A stretch of 64,000 bases of DNA from an uncultured Nitrososphaerota archaeon (GTDB lineage Archaea; Thermoproteota; EX4484-205; JAAOZP01), in contig CAYQCW010000002.1 of NCBI GenBank assembly GCA_964416155.1, forward strand, positions 140,748 through 204,747, written 5' to 3'. The translations under genes and the position numbers were made by a program. Of the stretch, positions 36,259-46,170 are shown in pieces. Each line of letters starts with the position of its first letter. Within the stretch, counting starts at the first letter, position 1. The notes beneath the pieces were generated by a model. The model worked only from the letters and a program-made list of their open reading frames with translations, was not told the origin of the DNA and searched no databases.

Positions 36259-36918
36259 CTATTCCTCCGGCTCCATTATTGCAGCCTTCTCCCCAAGGAT
36301 GGTGCGAAATCTTTCAGCGTCACTCTTACCCCCCACGATGGAGCCGTAGTGCATAGGTATGAAGATTCCTACGCCTATGTCTTTAGCCGCTTGAGCAGCC
36401 TCCTCAACATTCATAGTGTATGTTCCCCCGATTGGCAGAAGGGAGACGTCTGGCTTTATACTGGCCATTTCAGGAATCCTGTCAGTATCTCCTGCATGGT
36501 ATATTTTCACGCCGCCTACTGTAGCCACGTACCCGACCTTGCCGTCCATCTTAGGGTGGAAAGATTTTCCAACGTTGTATGATGGAACAGCCTCAACCCT
36601 AACCCCTGAGACATCCATGCTTAAACCCGGCTTAACAATCTTATGCTCTAAGCCCAACTGCCTGAACCTTGCTTCACATTCCTTGGGGCCTATTAAAATA
36701 GTCTTAGGGGAGGAGATTTTCCTTATGTCTTCAACGCTAAGATGGTCGAAATGACTATGGGTAACGAGGACTATGTCCGCAGCTGGACCACCTTTAATCT
36801 TGAACGGGTCTATGTAGATTGTTTTACCTTCTCCGGCTATTCTGAAGCCAGCGTGTCCAAGCCAACATATCTTGACACCTTTAATCTCTATCAAACTGGA
36901 TTTAGGTAATTGGAACAA
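36259..36918 (-). CDS. Metallo-beta-lactamase-fold hydrolase (UlaG/UPF0173-like)
   Basis: WLGHA, YIDP, THSHFDH, YHAGDT, LPIGG, PMHY. Confidence 0.92.
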   Translation of the reverse strand: MFQLPKSSLIEIKGVKICWLGHAGFRIAGEGKTIYIDPFKIKGGPAADIVLVTHSHFDHLSVEDIRKISSPKTILIGPKECEARFRQLGLEHKIVKPGLSMDVSGVRVEAVPSYNVGKSFHPKMDGKVGYVATVGGVKIYHAGDTDRIPEMASIKPDVSLLPIGGTYTMNVEEAAQAAKDIGVGIFIPMHYGSIVGGKSDAERFRTILGEKAAIMEPEE

Positions 36919-37236
36919 GGTAGAATATAAAGTTATTCTTCACCATAACCCTATATGTCTCTGAGGCTTTGTAAAACTAATATAAGTGGAGAAGAATGAT
37001 CGCTCCAGCCGGCCTTATGAAAGACAAGAGCAACACCATCACTACGAGTATAACCATTAAAACCATAAGTTGAAGGAATACTGTTTGAATTAAGGCGAGG
37101 ATAAGCGCCACGTAGTCTTAACGCGCGCTAAGAGTCTTAAAGTTTAACTCAATAATCCTCTTCTCCCCCATTGAGAATAGGAAGATTCATCTTATGAAAA
37201 TCCGGGTCCAGTAGTTAAACACTATGTTTATAAGGC

Positions 37237-38895
37237 TTGCTACAATTCCTGGAAACAGTCTTGGAAAAACTCGTTTACACAGTATTCCTAATGCTTGCAT
37301 TGGTTACTTCACAGAACGCGGGTAACCGCCTCCTTCTGTCAGCGGATGGAGCTAATCCACATGGTTTTAAAAACGCTGCTGAAAAAAGTTTTTCAATCCA
37401 GATGGCAATCAACTCGGCTGATGATGGAGACACGATATATGTTCCACCCGGCAAACATACGGAGAATCTCAAAATAAACAAATCTGTGAAACTCATTGCT
37501 AATGGAACAGTTGAACTAATTCCGGCTAATCCTAGAGACAATGTTGTAGAAATCTCGAAAGATAATGTCGTCCTAGCTGGTTTCACCCTTGTAAACTATG
37601 GGGGAACATGTGGAATACGCGTTAAAGGATCCGTTGGATGTAGGATTATCGGTAACAGAATTATAGGCGGGGATTTCGGATTGCTGGCTAACGGTTCGAA
37701 CAGGAGCCTAATCGAAGAAAACGACGTGAATGAATGTCTTTTCGGAATATACCTTCAAGAATCCCTTGAGAACACGGTTGCTCGAAACAACGTTAAGTCA
37801 AGCAAATATGGAATTAGCCTCTCATTGTGCTTCAACAGCACGATTGTTGAAAACAGGGTAGCCAACTGCACCTATGGTCTATATAATCACATATCTGATA
37901 GAAGCAATATAGTGAGGAACATTTTTCAAAATAATACGGTAGGAGTAGCAGTTGCAAGGTCTAGGATTAACACGATATCGTCGAACGAAGCATTCTATAA
38001 TTTTTACGGAATCCATCTAGATTATGCGCGGGCAAGCCTAGTGTATGAGAACACCGTTACCGGAGGACTTATTGGTATAAGGATCCAGAATTCGCAGAAC
38101 ATTACCTTAACGAACAATATTGCACGCTCTTCGACGAACAATATCGCTATTGAATCCAGTGTCAACATAACTATTTCAAGAAACATGCTGGAACAAGCTA
38201 GGGGACATGGTGTAACTATCTATGAAACACTCAACAGCATGCTATCAATGAATACTGTTTCCTTCTGTCGCGTGGGAATTTCTATTGAAAACAGCCGTTC
38301 AGCAATCATTGGAAATAACTCATTAGAACAGAATTCCTACGGGCTTTTCCTCTTCCGCTCATCTGAAGCCCAGCTTTTTAGCAATAAGTGCAGCAACAAC
38401 ACGGTTGCGGATTTCTATTCTGAAGGCGCGGAAGACATTATGGTTGAAAAACTGGAGATAAATGCTTACGGCAATAAGGAAGTTTCCTTCACCTACCAGG
38501 GGGATGTTTCCATAAAGGGATCCCGACCGATTGAGCTAGAGACAGTTAGGCGTCTTAGCGGTTTCTTAAACATCACTCTATCCTCCGGAGGCTGGATAAG
38601 GCTTAACGTAACATATAACTTGAAAGATATTCAGGATATTCGGATGGAGGAGCCTGTCCTCTACCATTGGAGGGGAGCGGGGTGGAAAAAGGTAAGAGGC
38701 TTGATGAAGGAGGAGTCTTCTTTAAAGGGCTCAGCATCCTTTCTATTGACTGAAACCGGAATATACGTCTTAGGATTGGGAGGGAAAACCGTAGAACAAT
38801 TTCCCATAGTTATTGCAGTATTTGTTGTTATGATTCTCATTATCAGCTCCTACACGATTCTAAGAACTCTTAAAAGAAGAAAGCCAGCAGCCTAA
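37237..38895 (+). CDS. Cell-surface right-handed beta-helix (NosD/CASH) protein
   Basis: SIQMAINSADDGDTIYVPPG; many N-rich G-I-x-L..S..N.I..N repeats; C-terminal TM helix + KRRK. Confidence 0.85.
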   Translation: MLQFLETVLEKLVYTVFLMLALVTSQNAGNRLLLSADGANPHGFKNAAEKSFSIQMAINSADDGDTIYVPPGKHTENLKINKSVKLIANGTVELIPANPRDNVVEISKDNVVLAGFTLVNYGGTCGIRVKGSVGCRIIGNRIIGGDFGLLANGSNRSLIEENDVNECLFGIYLQESLENTVARNNVKSSKYGISLSLCFNSTIVENRVANCTYGLYNHISDRSNIVRNIFQNNTVGVAVARSRINTISSNEAFYNFYGIHLDYARASLVYENTVTGGLIGIRIQNSQNITLTNNIARSSTNNIAIESSVNITISRNMLEQARGHGVTIYETLNSMLSMNTVSFCRVGISIENSRSAIIGNNSLEQNSYGLFLFRSSEAQLFSNKCSNNTVADFYSEGAEDIMVEKLEINAYGNKEVSFTYQGDVSIKGSRPIELETVRRLSGFLNITLSSGGWIRLNVTYNLKDIQDIRMEEPVLYHWRGAGWKKVRGLMKEESSLKGSASFLLTETGIYVLGLGGKTVEQFPIVIAVFVVMILIISSYTILRTLKRRKPAA

Positions 38896-38896
38896 G

Positions 38897-39136
38897 CTAT
38901 TCTCCTGTCTCTTCTCTTTTCCTCACCGCCTCTCTTATGACCGCTATTAGGTAGGCTAGAGTACCATATCCCACCAACGCGATGCTGGAGAAGGAAAGGG
39001 CTATTTGGATTACGACGAGACTGGTTAACATAGTTGGATTATAGCCTTGCCTTATGTACCACATGTTGTATAGACCCGTAAAAAATGACAGCAGATAGAG
39101 CAGAACCCCTATTAACATCGCTTTCTTAGGACTCAT
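38897..39136 (-). CDS. Small 2-TM membrane protein
   Basis: 79 aa, two hydrophobic helices, co-oriented immediately after the dpp operon. Confidence 0.65.
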   Translation of the reverse strand: MSPKKAMLIGVLLYLLSFFTGLYNMWYIRQGYNPTMLTSLVVIQIALSFSSIALVGYGTLAYLIAVIREAVRKREETGE

Positions 39137-39140
39137 GCCA

Positions 39141-40133
39141 CTAAGACCTTTCGTAAAGCCAGCATTTAACCCAGTGTCCTGAGGCTGCTTCGAACTCTGG
39201 TGGCTCCTCCTTAAAACACTTGTCGAAAGCGTGGGGACAGCGTGGAGAGAACCTGCAGCTCTTAGGAGGGTCGATTAGAGCAGGAGGCTCCCCAGGTGGA
39301 ACCTGCTTAAACCTATTTCTGTTCTCCGGGTTAGGCTCGGGGGTAGCCGTGAGCAAAGCTCTCGTATAGGGATGTAAAGGATTCCTCAGGATTTCCTGCG
39401 TGAAAGCCTTCTCCATAACATGTCCAGCATACATTATCAGCGCCCACTCTGAGAAGAACCTTGTTGTCGCAAGGTCATGCGTTATGTATATTACGCCGAG
39501 CCTAAGCCTTTCCTGAAGCCTTCTCAAGAGGGTCAGGATCTCTATACGGACGGAAGCATCCAGCATTGACACAGGCTCGTCGGCAACGAGCAGGCGAGGC
39601 TCAAGGATTATAGCTCGAGCTATAGCAACCCTCTGCAACTGGCCGCCGCTGAGCATGTGAGGATACTTATACGCGAAGTCCTCCACCGGCGTAAGCCTAA
39701 CTTCTTCAAGCACCTTGAACACTTTTTCAGCCCTCTCTTCTTTCGACTTAACCGTGTTATGAATGAGGAGAGGCTCCTCCAGCGACCTGAATATTGTGAA
39801 ATGAGATGCGAAGGCTCCGAACGGGTCCTGCTGAACTAGACCAGTCATCCGCCTGTACCATTTCAAGTCCTTAGCCTTAACATGCGTCACGTCCTTATCT
39901 TGAAACAAAATTTTGCCCCCGTTAGGCTCGTAAAGCCTTAGTATAGTCTTACCCAGAGTCGTCTTGCCGCTTCCACTCTCCCCCACGAGGGACACTGCCT
40001 CCCCCTCCTCCAAGCCGAAGGTCACATTGTCAACAGCCTTTACAAAGCTCGTCTTAGAGCCCAGTAAGCCTCTTCTTATTTCAAACCATTTCCGCAAGTC
40101 TTCCAATTCAAGCAGCTTTTCCCCAGAACTCAT
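39141..40133 (-). CDS. Oligopeptide/dipeptide ABC transporter ATP-binding subunit (DppF/OppF)
   Basis: GESGSGKT, LSGGQLQR, VADEP, HPYT, CRFSPRC. ATG 40133 overlaps the dppD stop. Confidence 0.95.
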   Translation of the reverse strand: MSSGEKLLELEDLRKWFEIRRGLLGSKTSFVKAVDNVTFGLEEGEAVSLVGESGSGKTTLGKTILRLYEPNGGKILFQDKDVTHVKAKDLKWYRRMTGLVQQDPFGAFASHFTIFRSLEEPLLIHNTVKSKEERAEKVFKVLEEVRLTPVEDFAYKYPHMLSGGQLQRVAIARAIILEPRLLVADEPVSMLDASVRIEILTLLRRLQERLRLGVIYITHDLATTRFFSEWALIMYAGHVMEKAFTQEILRNPLHPYTRALLTATPEPNPENRNRFKQVPPGEPPALIDPPKSCRFSPRCPHAFDKCFKEEPPEFEAASGHWVKCWLYERS

Positions 40134-41104
40134 GTTCCACCACCATACAGCCAGCACCTTACTAAGTGGCCCTCCGCCACTGGGAACATACCGGGTTCTT
40201 CAGAGCTGCATTTTTCCCATGCGAAACTGCATCTCGGGTGAAACCTGCAGCCTGAGGGAGGGTCGATTAGGCTTGGCGGCACTCCGCTTATGAACTCCGG
40301 CTTCCTATCGGTACTGAGCGTAGGAGCACTTGCCAGTAGGCCTCTGGAATAAGGATGTTTCGGCTGCGTGTAGAATATGTCCGCAGGGGAGAGCTCAACG
40401 ATTTTACCGGCGTATAGCACTGCAACCTTATTCGCAAGCTCGCTGGCCAAGCCAAGGTCGTGAGTTATGAAGATGTAAGTTAGCCTAAACTCGTTTTTAA
40501 TTCTCTTCAAAAGGTTCATTATGTTAGCTTGGGTCAGGACGTCTAGCGCTGAAGTAGGCTCGTCCAGAATCACTATCTCAGGATTTATTATCAAAGCCAT
40601 AGCTATCGCTGCCCTCTGCTTCATCCCGCCGCTCAACTCGAAGGGATACCTATCAGCAAAGACACTAGGCACCCCCATAAGCTCCATCAGCTGCCTCGCC
40701 CTATTCGAAGCCTCCTTCTTCTCCACATGATCATGGATAATCAGTGGCTCAGCCACCTGGTAGCCAATCTTATAAACCGGGTTAAAGGAGTTCATGGCTC
40801 CCTGGAAGACAATAGATATTTTCCTCCACCTCACCTCCCTCCTGAAAGCCTCCTCATCCAAATTCATAACGTCCCTACCGTCAAGAATTATTTTCCCTTC
40901 GTAAGTATGAATGTTTCTGGGTAGAACTCGAACCAGGGCACGTGCCAGAGTACTCTTTCCGCACCCGGATTCGCCGACTACAGCCAGCGCATCCTCCTTC
41001 TCAAGGTCGAAATTTATATCTTCCAGAGCCTTCACAACTCCTTTTCTAGTCCTATAGTAAAGCTTAAGGTCGCGGACTGATAAAACAGATTTGCTGCTGC
41101 TCAT
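40130..41104 (-). CDS. Oligopeptide/dipeptide ABC transporter ATP-binding subunit (DppD/OppD)
   Basis: GESGCGKS, LSGGMKQR, ILDEPTSALD, CRFHPRC. Confidence 0.95.
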   Translation of the reverse strand: MSSSKSVLSVRDLKLYYRTRKGVVKALEDINFDLEKEDALAVVGESGCGKSTLARALVRVLPRNIHTYEGKIILDGRDVMNLDEEAFRREVRWRKISIVFQGAMNSFNPVYKIGYQVAEPLIIHDHVEKKEASNRARQLMELMGVPSVFADRYPFELSGGMKQRAAIAMALIINPEIVILDEPTSALDVLTQANIMNLLKRIKNEFRLTYIFITHDLGLASELANKVAVLYAGKIVELSPADIFYTQPKHPYSRGLLASAPTLSTDRKPEFISGVPPSLIDPPSGCRFHPRCSFAWEKCSSEEPGMFPVAEGHLVRCWLYGGGT

Positions 41105-41108
41105 TCTT

Positions 41109-42503
41109 CTACAGCTCCTTCAGCTTAGGGTTGACTATTTTCTCGAGAGCCATCCCTATCAGCGCGAACGCAATGGCTGTAAGTATCAACAGGAAAGCAG
41201 GCTCTAAAACCCAATAGTACATGCCTTTGTAGAAGGCGCCGTTAGTCTGAGCATCACTTATTATCTTACCCCATGTCGGTAGGAAAGGGTCGCCAAGCCC
41301 AAGGTATGAGAGCCCTGCCTCAAGAAATACGAAGCCCGGCACTGAGGAGATCATTCCAGGGACCACCGGGGGCAGGATCTTAGGTATCACGTAGAACAGT
41401 ATCAGTCTCATATTACTGGCTCCGTACGCCTGCGCCGCCTCTATGTACGGGTAGCTCTTAATCTGCATAACCAAGATACGGGTGCCTTTTATGCCGAGCG
41501 AGAATATGCTTAGAACGACCACGCTGAGTAGGATGATGAATAGATCGATTCTGTAGAACGTTGTAAGCAATATTAGGATCGGCAGGAATGGGAGGACAGC
41601 GTTTATCTCCACTATCCGCTGTATAATGGTGTCAATCTTACCGCCGTACCAGCCGCTGATCGTTCCGATTATGAGGCTCAGCACTGTTGTAAGTAAGGCT
41701 GTTGTAAGCCCGAAGGACAATGCTATCGGAGTACCCCAGAGCAAACCTATTATTAAGGGCCTCCTTAAATGATCCGTTCCAGCTAACCCATAAACAGTAC
41801 CATATATCACTACTTCCGCGTTTAAAACACTGTTCTTGCTCAGAGTTGCTTCGAAGCGCATTCTATACATACCTTTCAAGACCCGAGGATCCTGCGAATA
41901 CTCTGAGAAGAGGCCTTTCTCAACCGTCATCGCGAAGTTTGGTTTCTTGCCGATCTTGCTTTCGAAAAGCCTTTCAAGTTTAAGCTCTAGGCCAAGGTCA
42001 TTGCTCAAATACAGTCTGTCGTCGGGCCTTCTCAAAGCATGTTGCTTAAGAAGAATCTCGTCACCATCCGGTCTTATCCAGTAGATTTCAACCACAGGCT
42101 TCTCCACATAGCTCGAGTTGAAGAAAACTATGATCTCCGATGGGAAGTCATCGTAGTCGTAGTTGAAATGAACGACCCAAGAGACAGACAGCGTTCCGTC
42201 TTCACGCAAAACCTCAGACACTTTAGTTTCTGCGAGAGAAACTGTTATTGTGCGGGGCAGCCTCCTCCCGTAGAAGAGCTCGATCCACTCTGGCTGAGCG
42301 TTTCTAGGATTCCGGCTCCAAGCCTCGCTCGACCTCCAGGCTTGAATCGCCTCCGGCAAGGGTATTGTTACCATAGTGTAGACAGACAGACCTATTAGGA
42401 GTAGGAGAATAACAATACCCATGACAGCAGACTTGTAGCTTAAAACTTCGCGCAAAACCCCCTTTAAACCACCACTAGGCTTCGATGAACTCGTTTTAAC
42501 CAC
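41109..42503 (-). CDS. ABC transporter permease (DppC/OppC) with large extracellular loop
   Basis: LAGTD..RR, YIEAAQAYGAS, LSYLGLGDP..PTWG. Start GTG 42503 (track 42545). Confidence 0.93.
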   Translation of the reverse strand: MVKTSSSKPSGGLKGVLREVLSYKSAVMGIVILLLLIGLSVYTMVTIPLPEAIQAWRSSEAWSRNPRNAQPEWIELFYGRRLPRTITVSLAETKVSEVLREDGTLSVSWVVHFNYDYDDFPSEIIVFFNSSYVEKPVVEIYWIRPDGDEILLKQHALRRPDDRLYLSNDLGLELKLERLFESKIGKKPNFAMTVEKGLFSEYSQDPRVLKGMYRMRFEATLSKNSVLNAEVVIYGTVYGLAGTDHLRRPLIIGLLWGTPIALSFGLTTALLTTVLSLIIGTISGWYGGKIDTIIQRIVEINAVLPFLPILILLTTFYRIDLFIILLSVVVLSIFSLGIKGTRILVMQIKSYPYIEAAQAYGASNMRLILFYVIPKILPPVVPGMISSVPGFVFLEAGLSYLGLGDPFLPTWGKIISDAQTNGAFYKGMYYWVLEPAFLLILTAIAFALIGMALEKIVNPKLKEL

Positions 42504-43563
42504 CCCATACTTTAACCCTTGGATCAATAAAAGCATAAATAACATCCAACGTTAAGACCGTTAGCGTTAAAAGCCAAGCGTATATTGCTACTTCCCCAAC
42601 TATCACCGGAGGATCTGGATAGGAGAGTGCTGCCGCCAAGAGCCTGCCTAATCCAGGCCAGTCGAACACGGTCTCCGTTATTATGGCACCGCCCCATGAG
42701 CCGATGATGGCTAGGGAGAGCCCGGTTATTATTGGAGGCAGTGTCGGCCTCATCACGTAGCTCATATCCACCTGTCTGGGCGGGAGGCCTTTGGCTTTAG
42801 CCACCTCCACGTAATCCTCAGTTGAGAATATCAGGAAGAAGGTCCTGTTCGAATAGAGCCCTAAGAATAATCCGGCTATTATCCAGGAGAGCATAGGCAA
42901 TATCATGTGTCTCAAAACAGACAGGGAGTATAGAAAAGGATCCTTGGGCGGAGGATAATCCACTAAACCGCCAGGAGGAAGAATGTGTAGCCACGTGTAG
43001 AATATCAGAATTAGAAATATCCCGTAGACCCAGCCGGGTATTACTGACGTGGGAGCCAATGCTGCTATTGCCCTATCGATTTTAGAGCCGTATTTTCTGG
43101 CTATGAAAAGGCCCCCGAAAAGATTCAGGGAGAAGTTGACTATTGTCACCGTCGTGAAGAGCATTACTGTTTGAGGAAGCCTCTCCAAGATTATCAGCCT
43201 CACCTGTTTCGACCCGCTGTCGCTCGTTAAGTAGAGGGCTGTGCCCAGATCCATTGTTAAAGCGTTCTTCAAGTGGTAGAGACTCCTTACTAAGAACGGG
43301 GTGTTAAGCCCCCTCGCCTCCAACGCGGCCTGGTACATGCTGTCTATTATCCTCTGCCTCTCAGAGGCTGTGAGCCCTTGGTAAGCAGGGTTATTCCTAA
43401 CGTTCATCGTGATGCTCATCAGGAGGTCTGCCTTAACCATCTCATCTATAAGACCACCGAAGTTAGCGAGCAATATGGATATGTATAAAGCGATTACGAG
43501 GCTTATAAGCAGTAAGACTGTCCTCTTACCCACGAATTTTAAGAAGCCCTTGGGAATCGTCAA
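42496..43563 (-). CDS. ABC transporter permease (DppB/OppB)
   Basis: ERLPQT, EDYVEVAKAKGL, ITETVFDWPGLG, YAFIDPRV. Confidence 0.93.
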   Translation of the reverse strand: MTIPKGFLKFVGKRTVLLLISLVIALYISILLANFGGLIDEMVKADLLMSITMNVRNNPAYQGLTASERQRIIDSMYQAALEARGLNTPFLVRSLYHLKNALTMDLGTALYLTSDSGSKQVRLIILERLPQTVMLFTTVTIVNFSLNLFGGLFIARKYGSKIDRAIAALAPTSVIPGWVYGIFLILIFYTWLHILPPGGLVDYPPPKDPFLYSLSVLRHMILPMLSWIIAGLFLGLYSNRTFFLIFSTEDYVEVAKAKGLPPRQVDMSYVMRPTLPPIITGLSLAIIGSWGGAIITETVFDWPGLGRLLAAALSYPDPPVIVGEVAIYAWLLTLTVLTLDVIYAFIDPRVKVWGG

Positions 43564-43593
43564 CCATGGGTCACCCTAGTCATTTTCCAGAAG

Positions 43594-43609
43594 GAGAAAA
43601 AAGAAGGGG
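43594..43609 (-). terminator. Pyrimidine-tract terminator/attenuator after the binding-protein gene
   Basis: Minus strand reads CCCCTTCTTTTTTCTC between the SBP stop and the dppB start. Confidence 0.4.
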
Positions 43610-43631
43610 ATAAAAACTTTTCTGACCACAG

Positions 43632-46094
43632 CTATTTTCTTTTCTTCCTTAAGAATAGTACTGCGACTATGGCGATGACCACGATCGCCGCGACTATTCC
43701 GATTACTGCCTCATACCATACTCTGAACACGGCTTTAACGCTGTGAGGCTTATCCGTTACAAGCGTGAGCGTCTCGGATGCTCCCCTCTCCACTCCGTCG
43801 ACAACCCATTTTTCAAGGACGCTGAGGAAGCCTGGTTTAGCCCTTATTGTCACTGTTTCACGCCCAATGTACCCGTGTGAACCAGGCTCGGGATCAGTTG
43901 TCCCACTTCCCTCCACAGAGATCGTGAGCTCACGCTGCAGAAGCTTTCGGAACGGTTTCAGAACCGCTGTGTGAGCAGTTATGTCAGCCGTCTCCAAATA
44001 GTAGGGGCCGGCCCCAACCCAGAAGTGCCTGTACGTAGAATACCAGTTTTTAAGGGCGTTATACCTTGCTCTAGCCTCATCCACACTGATGTACTTGCTG
44101 TTAAGCTCCCTGAAGGGTATGTAGCCTTCCGTTATAGCTTCATCCAGCATCTGGGAGAGTATTTGCAGACTTGGGCCAGCTATGTAGTTCATCCACTCAA
44201 CCTTACTCTTCAGAGCCTTATCTTGTCCGAAGGCTAGGAGGCCTTTCTCCTCCGCCCTAATGCCTATCGCGGTGGTGTGCCATGGCCCAGCTAAACCCAC
44301 GTAAGCACTAGCTATCAGCTCAGCATCCATGTTAGTGTAGTCGGTGTACCACTCTATTCTCAACGGGTTCTCGCTCACAATCCTCCACGCCTTGAAAACT
44401 TCCCTCCAGGATTTGAATGCGCCCACGTAGGCCTCGTCGTAGAGAGCACTTTTATTACTGGCTCTCTCAAAGTTGATGGGCCAGCTCCACACCCAGTCGG
44501 CTAGACTCATAACCGTCCCGTCGTGGTATTCGAACTTGCCTATGATGTCCTCGTACTCCGCAGCCACCTTAACCTTCGCGCTGGTTACGCCTGCCTCCCC
44601 GGCAGTCACAACCTTCTTCTTCTCAACATCCCAGCCGTACCACGCGTCTGAAGGTATTGTAACACTGTCGACGAAGGTCAGGGTTAGCCAGCCCTTGCTC
44701 TCAGGGTTCTGGAAAGTTAGGAGGCCTTTTTCCGCCTCTATCTTAACGCTTTTAACGAAGCCGGTCGGTATTGGGAGCCCGCTTTTAGGATCGCTTAAGA
44801 AGGCAGGCATGCCCGTCGCTGAGCTTATCATGCTGTCGTATATCCAGTTGGACCCAGCAATCGGGTTCCACGCGTCTCCAGTCAAAACGTCTGAGCTGCC
44901 TATTTTAACCGATCCGCCTAGAGTGCCTCCACGGTTCAATGTGAATCCCCATATTCCGACCCAGTAGCCTCCGGAGTAGTCAGCTATGGCGGTTATCTCC
45001 TTCCTCTTAACCCAGGCTGCAGTCTGGTCTACGAGCCAGACCCTAACGGAGTCCTGAAGCGCCAGTTCAAACGCTCGACTCATCCAGGCTGTCCTCTCCT
45101 CAATGGTGGTGAACTTCTTTTCAGCAAGCTTGTCTGCAAGATCGCCGAACTCAGGGGAAGGCTTGTATGAAGCCCACAGGGGGCTGATGGATGCCATGCC
45201 CGACTTATCGCTGTAGAAGAACTGGAAGTTGTCGGAATCGTCCCTCGATACCACTGTCGTCACCCAGCCGCCAGTATACAAATGCCATCTTCCCTCAGCA
45301 GGATTACCCCTCATCCATATTGGGGAGGCTTCTCTAGAAGTCTTGTACAGTCTCTCCACGGTGAAGCCGAGCTTCTCCAATTGTCCTGAAACATAGTCTC
45401 CTATTTGCCTCCTCCTATCCTCCACCCTTATGACGAACTTTAAGACGATCGGTTCACCCTTATAGTACCACTTCCCACCTCTATTCTCGACACCTCGCTC
45501 CTTCGCCAACTCGTCGAACATTATTTGCTTCGCCTTCTCGAAATTGTACGCGTATTTAGTCTCAATGGTTTTTATCACATTCTCATGCCTCTTGTAGTCT
45601 GGGAAACCGTTGCAGACCGGCACATACTTAGGTATTGCGAGACCACCCGAGATTTCGTCGACGATGTACTGCCTGTCCACAAGCATGTTCATGGCTTCCC
45701 TTATCTTAGGGTTGTAGAACGGGTTGAATTTGCCGTCAAGGGTCTCCGGCCCGACAGGGTTGAAGGTAAGATCGAAATACAAGCCGTATGAGAAGTCGTA
45801 GGACAATGCTCCTGATTCCCGTACCCTTCTGAAAAGCACCGGGTCACCTATATCTTTGAAGTAGATGTCCATGTCTCCCTTCTCCATCATTTCAACAGCC
45901 TTAGCCGCATCCGCCACAGGGAAGAAGACTACTTCGTCACACCATCCGTATTTGTAAATTGGATACTCCTCCGGTGCTGAAAAGGTTGTGACGATTAGCC
46001 CTAGAGCTTGTGTCAACATCAGGAGAATTAGGATTGCTGCTGCACATGCTGTTACCTTGCTCTTTAAATCTTGCCGCATCATTTTTCTCATCAT
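43632..46094 (-). CDS. Family-5 ABC solute-binding protein (DppA/OppA) with C-terminal beta-repeat and TM anchor
   Basis: LTFNP..NPFYNPKIREAMNMLVDR, HDG..MSLAD, GAGPYYL; InlB-B-repeat-like LTISVEGSGTTDPEPG..W.VDG; TM helix + RKKRK. Confidence 0.92.
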   Translation of the reverse strand: MMRKMMRQDLKSKVTACAAAILILLMLTQALGLIVTTFSAPEEYPIYKYGWCDEVVFFPVADAAKAVEMMEKGDMDIYFKDIGDPVLFRRVRESGALSYDFSYGLYFDLTFNPVGPETLDGKFNPFYNPKIREAMNMLVDRQYIVDEISGGLAIPKYVPVCNGFPDYKRHENVIKTIETKYAYNFEKAKQIMFDELAKERGVENRGGKWYYKGEPIVLKFVIRVEDRRRQIGDYVSGQLEKLGFTVERLYKTSREASPIWMRGNPAEGRWHLYTGGWVTTVVSRDDSDNFQFFYSDKSGMASISPLWASYKPSPEFGDLADKLAEKKFTTIEERTAWMSRAFELALQDSVRVWLVDQTAAWVKRKEITAIADYSGGYWVGIWGFTLNRGGTLGGSVKIGSSDVLTGDAWNPIAGSNWIYDSMISSATGMPAFLSDPKSGLPIPTGFVKSVKIEAEKGLLTFQNPESKGWLTLTFVDSVTIPSDAWYGWDVEKKKVVTAGEAGVTSAKVKVAAEYEDIIGKFEYHDGTVMSLADWVWSWPINFERASNKSALYDEAYVGAFKSWREVFKAWRIVSENPLRIEWYTDYTNMDAELIASAYVGLAGPWHTTAIGIRAEEKGLLAFGQDKALKSKVEWMNYIAGPSLQILSQMLDEAITEGYIPFRELNSKYISVDEARARYNALKNWYSTYRHFWVGAGPYYLETADITAHTAVLKPFRKLLQRELTISVEGSGTTDPEPGSHGYIGRETVTIRAKPGFLSVLEKWVVDGVERGASETLTLVTDKPHSVKAVFRVWYEAVIGIVAAIVVIAIVAVLFLRKKRK

Positions 46095-46170
46095 AAATAG
46101 AGCTCGGAAGGTATTTTATAAAGGTTTCTAGTATAGTTATCAAAAAATGTATAGTAAACCCGCCTTTTCC

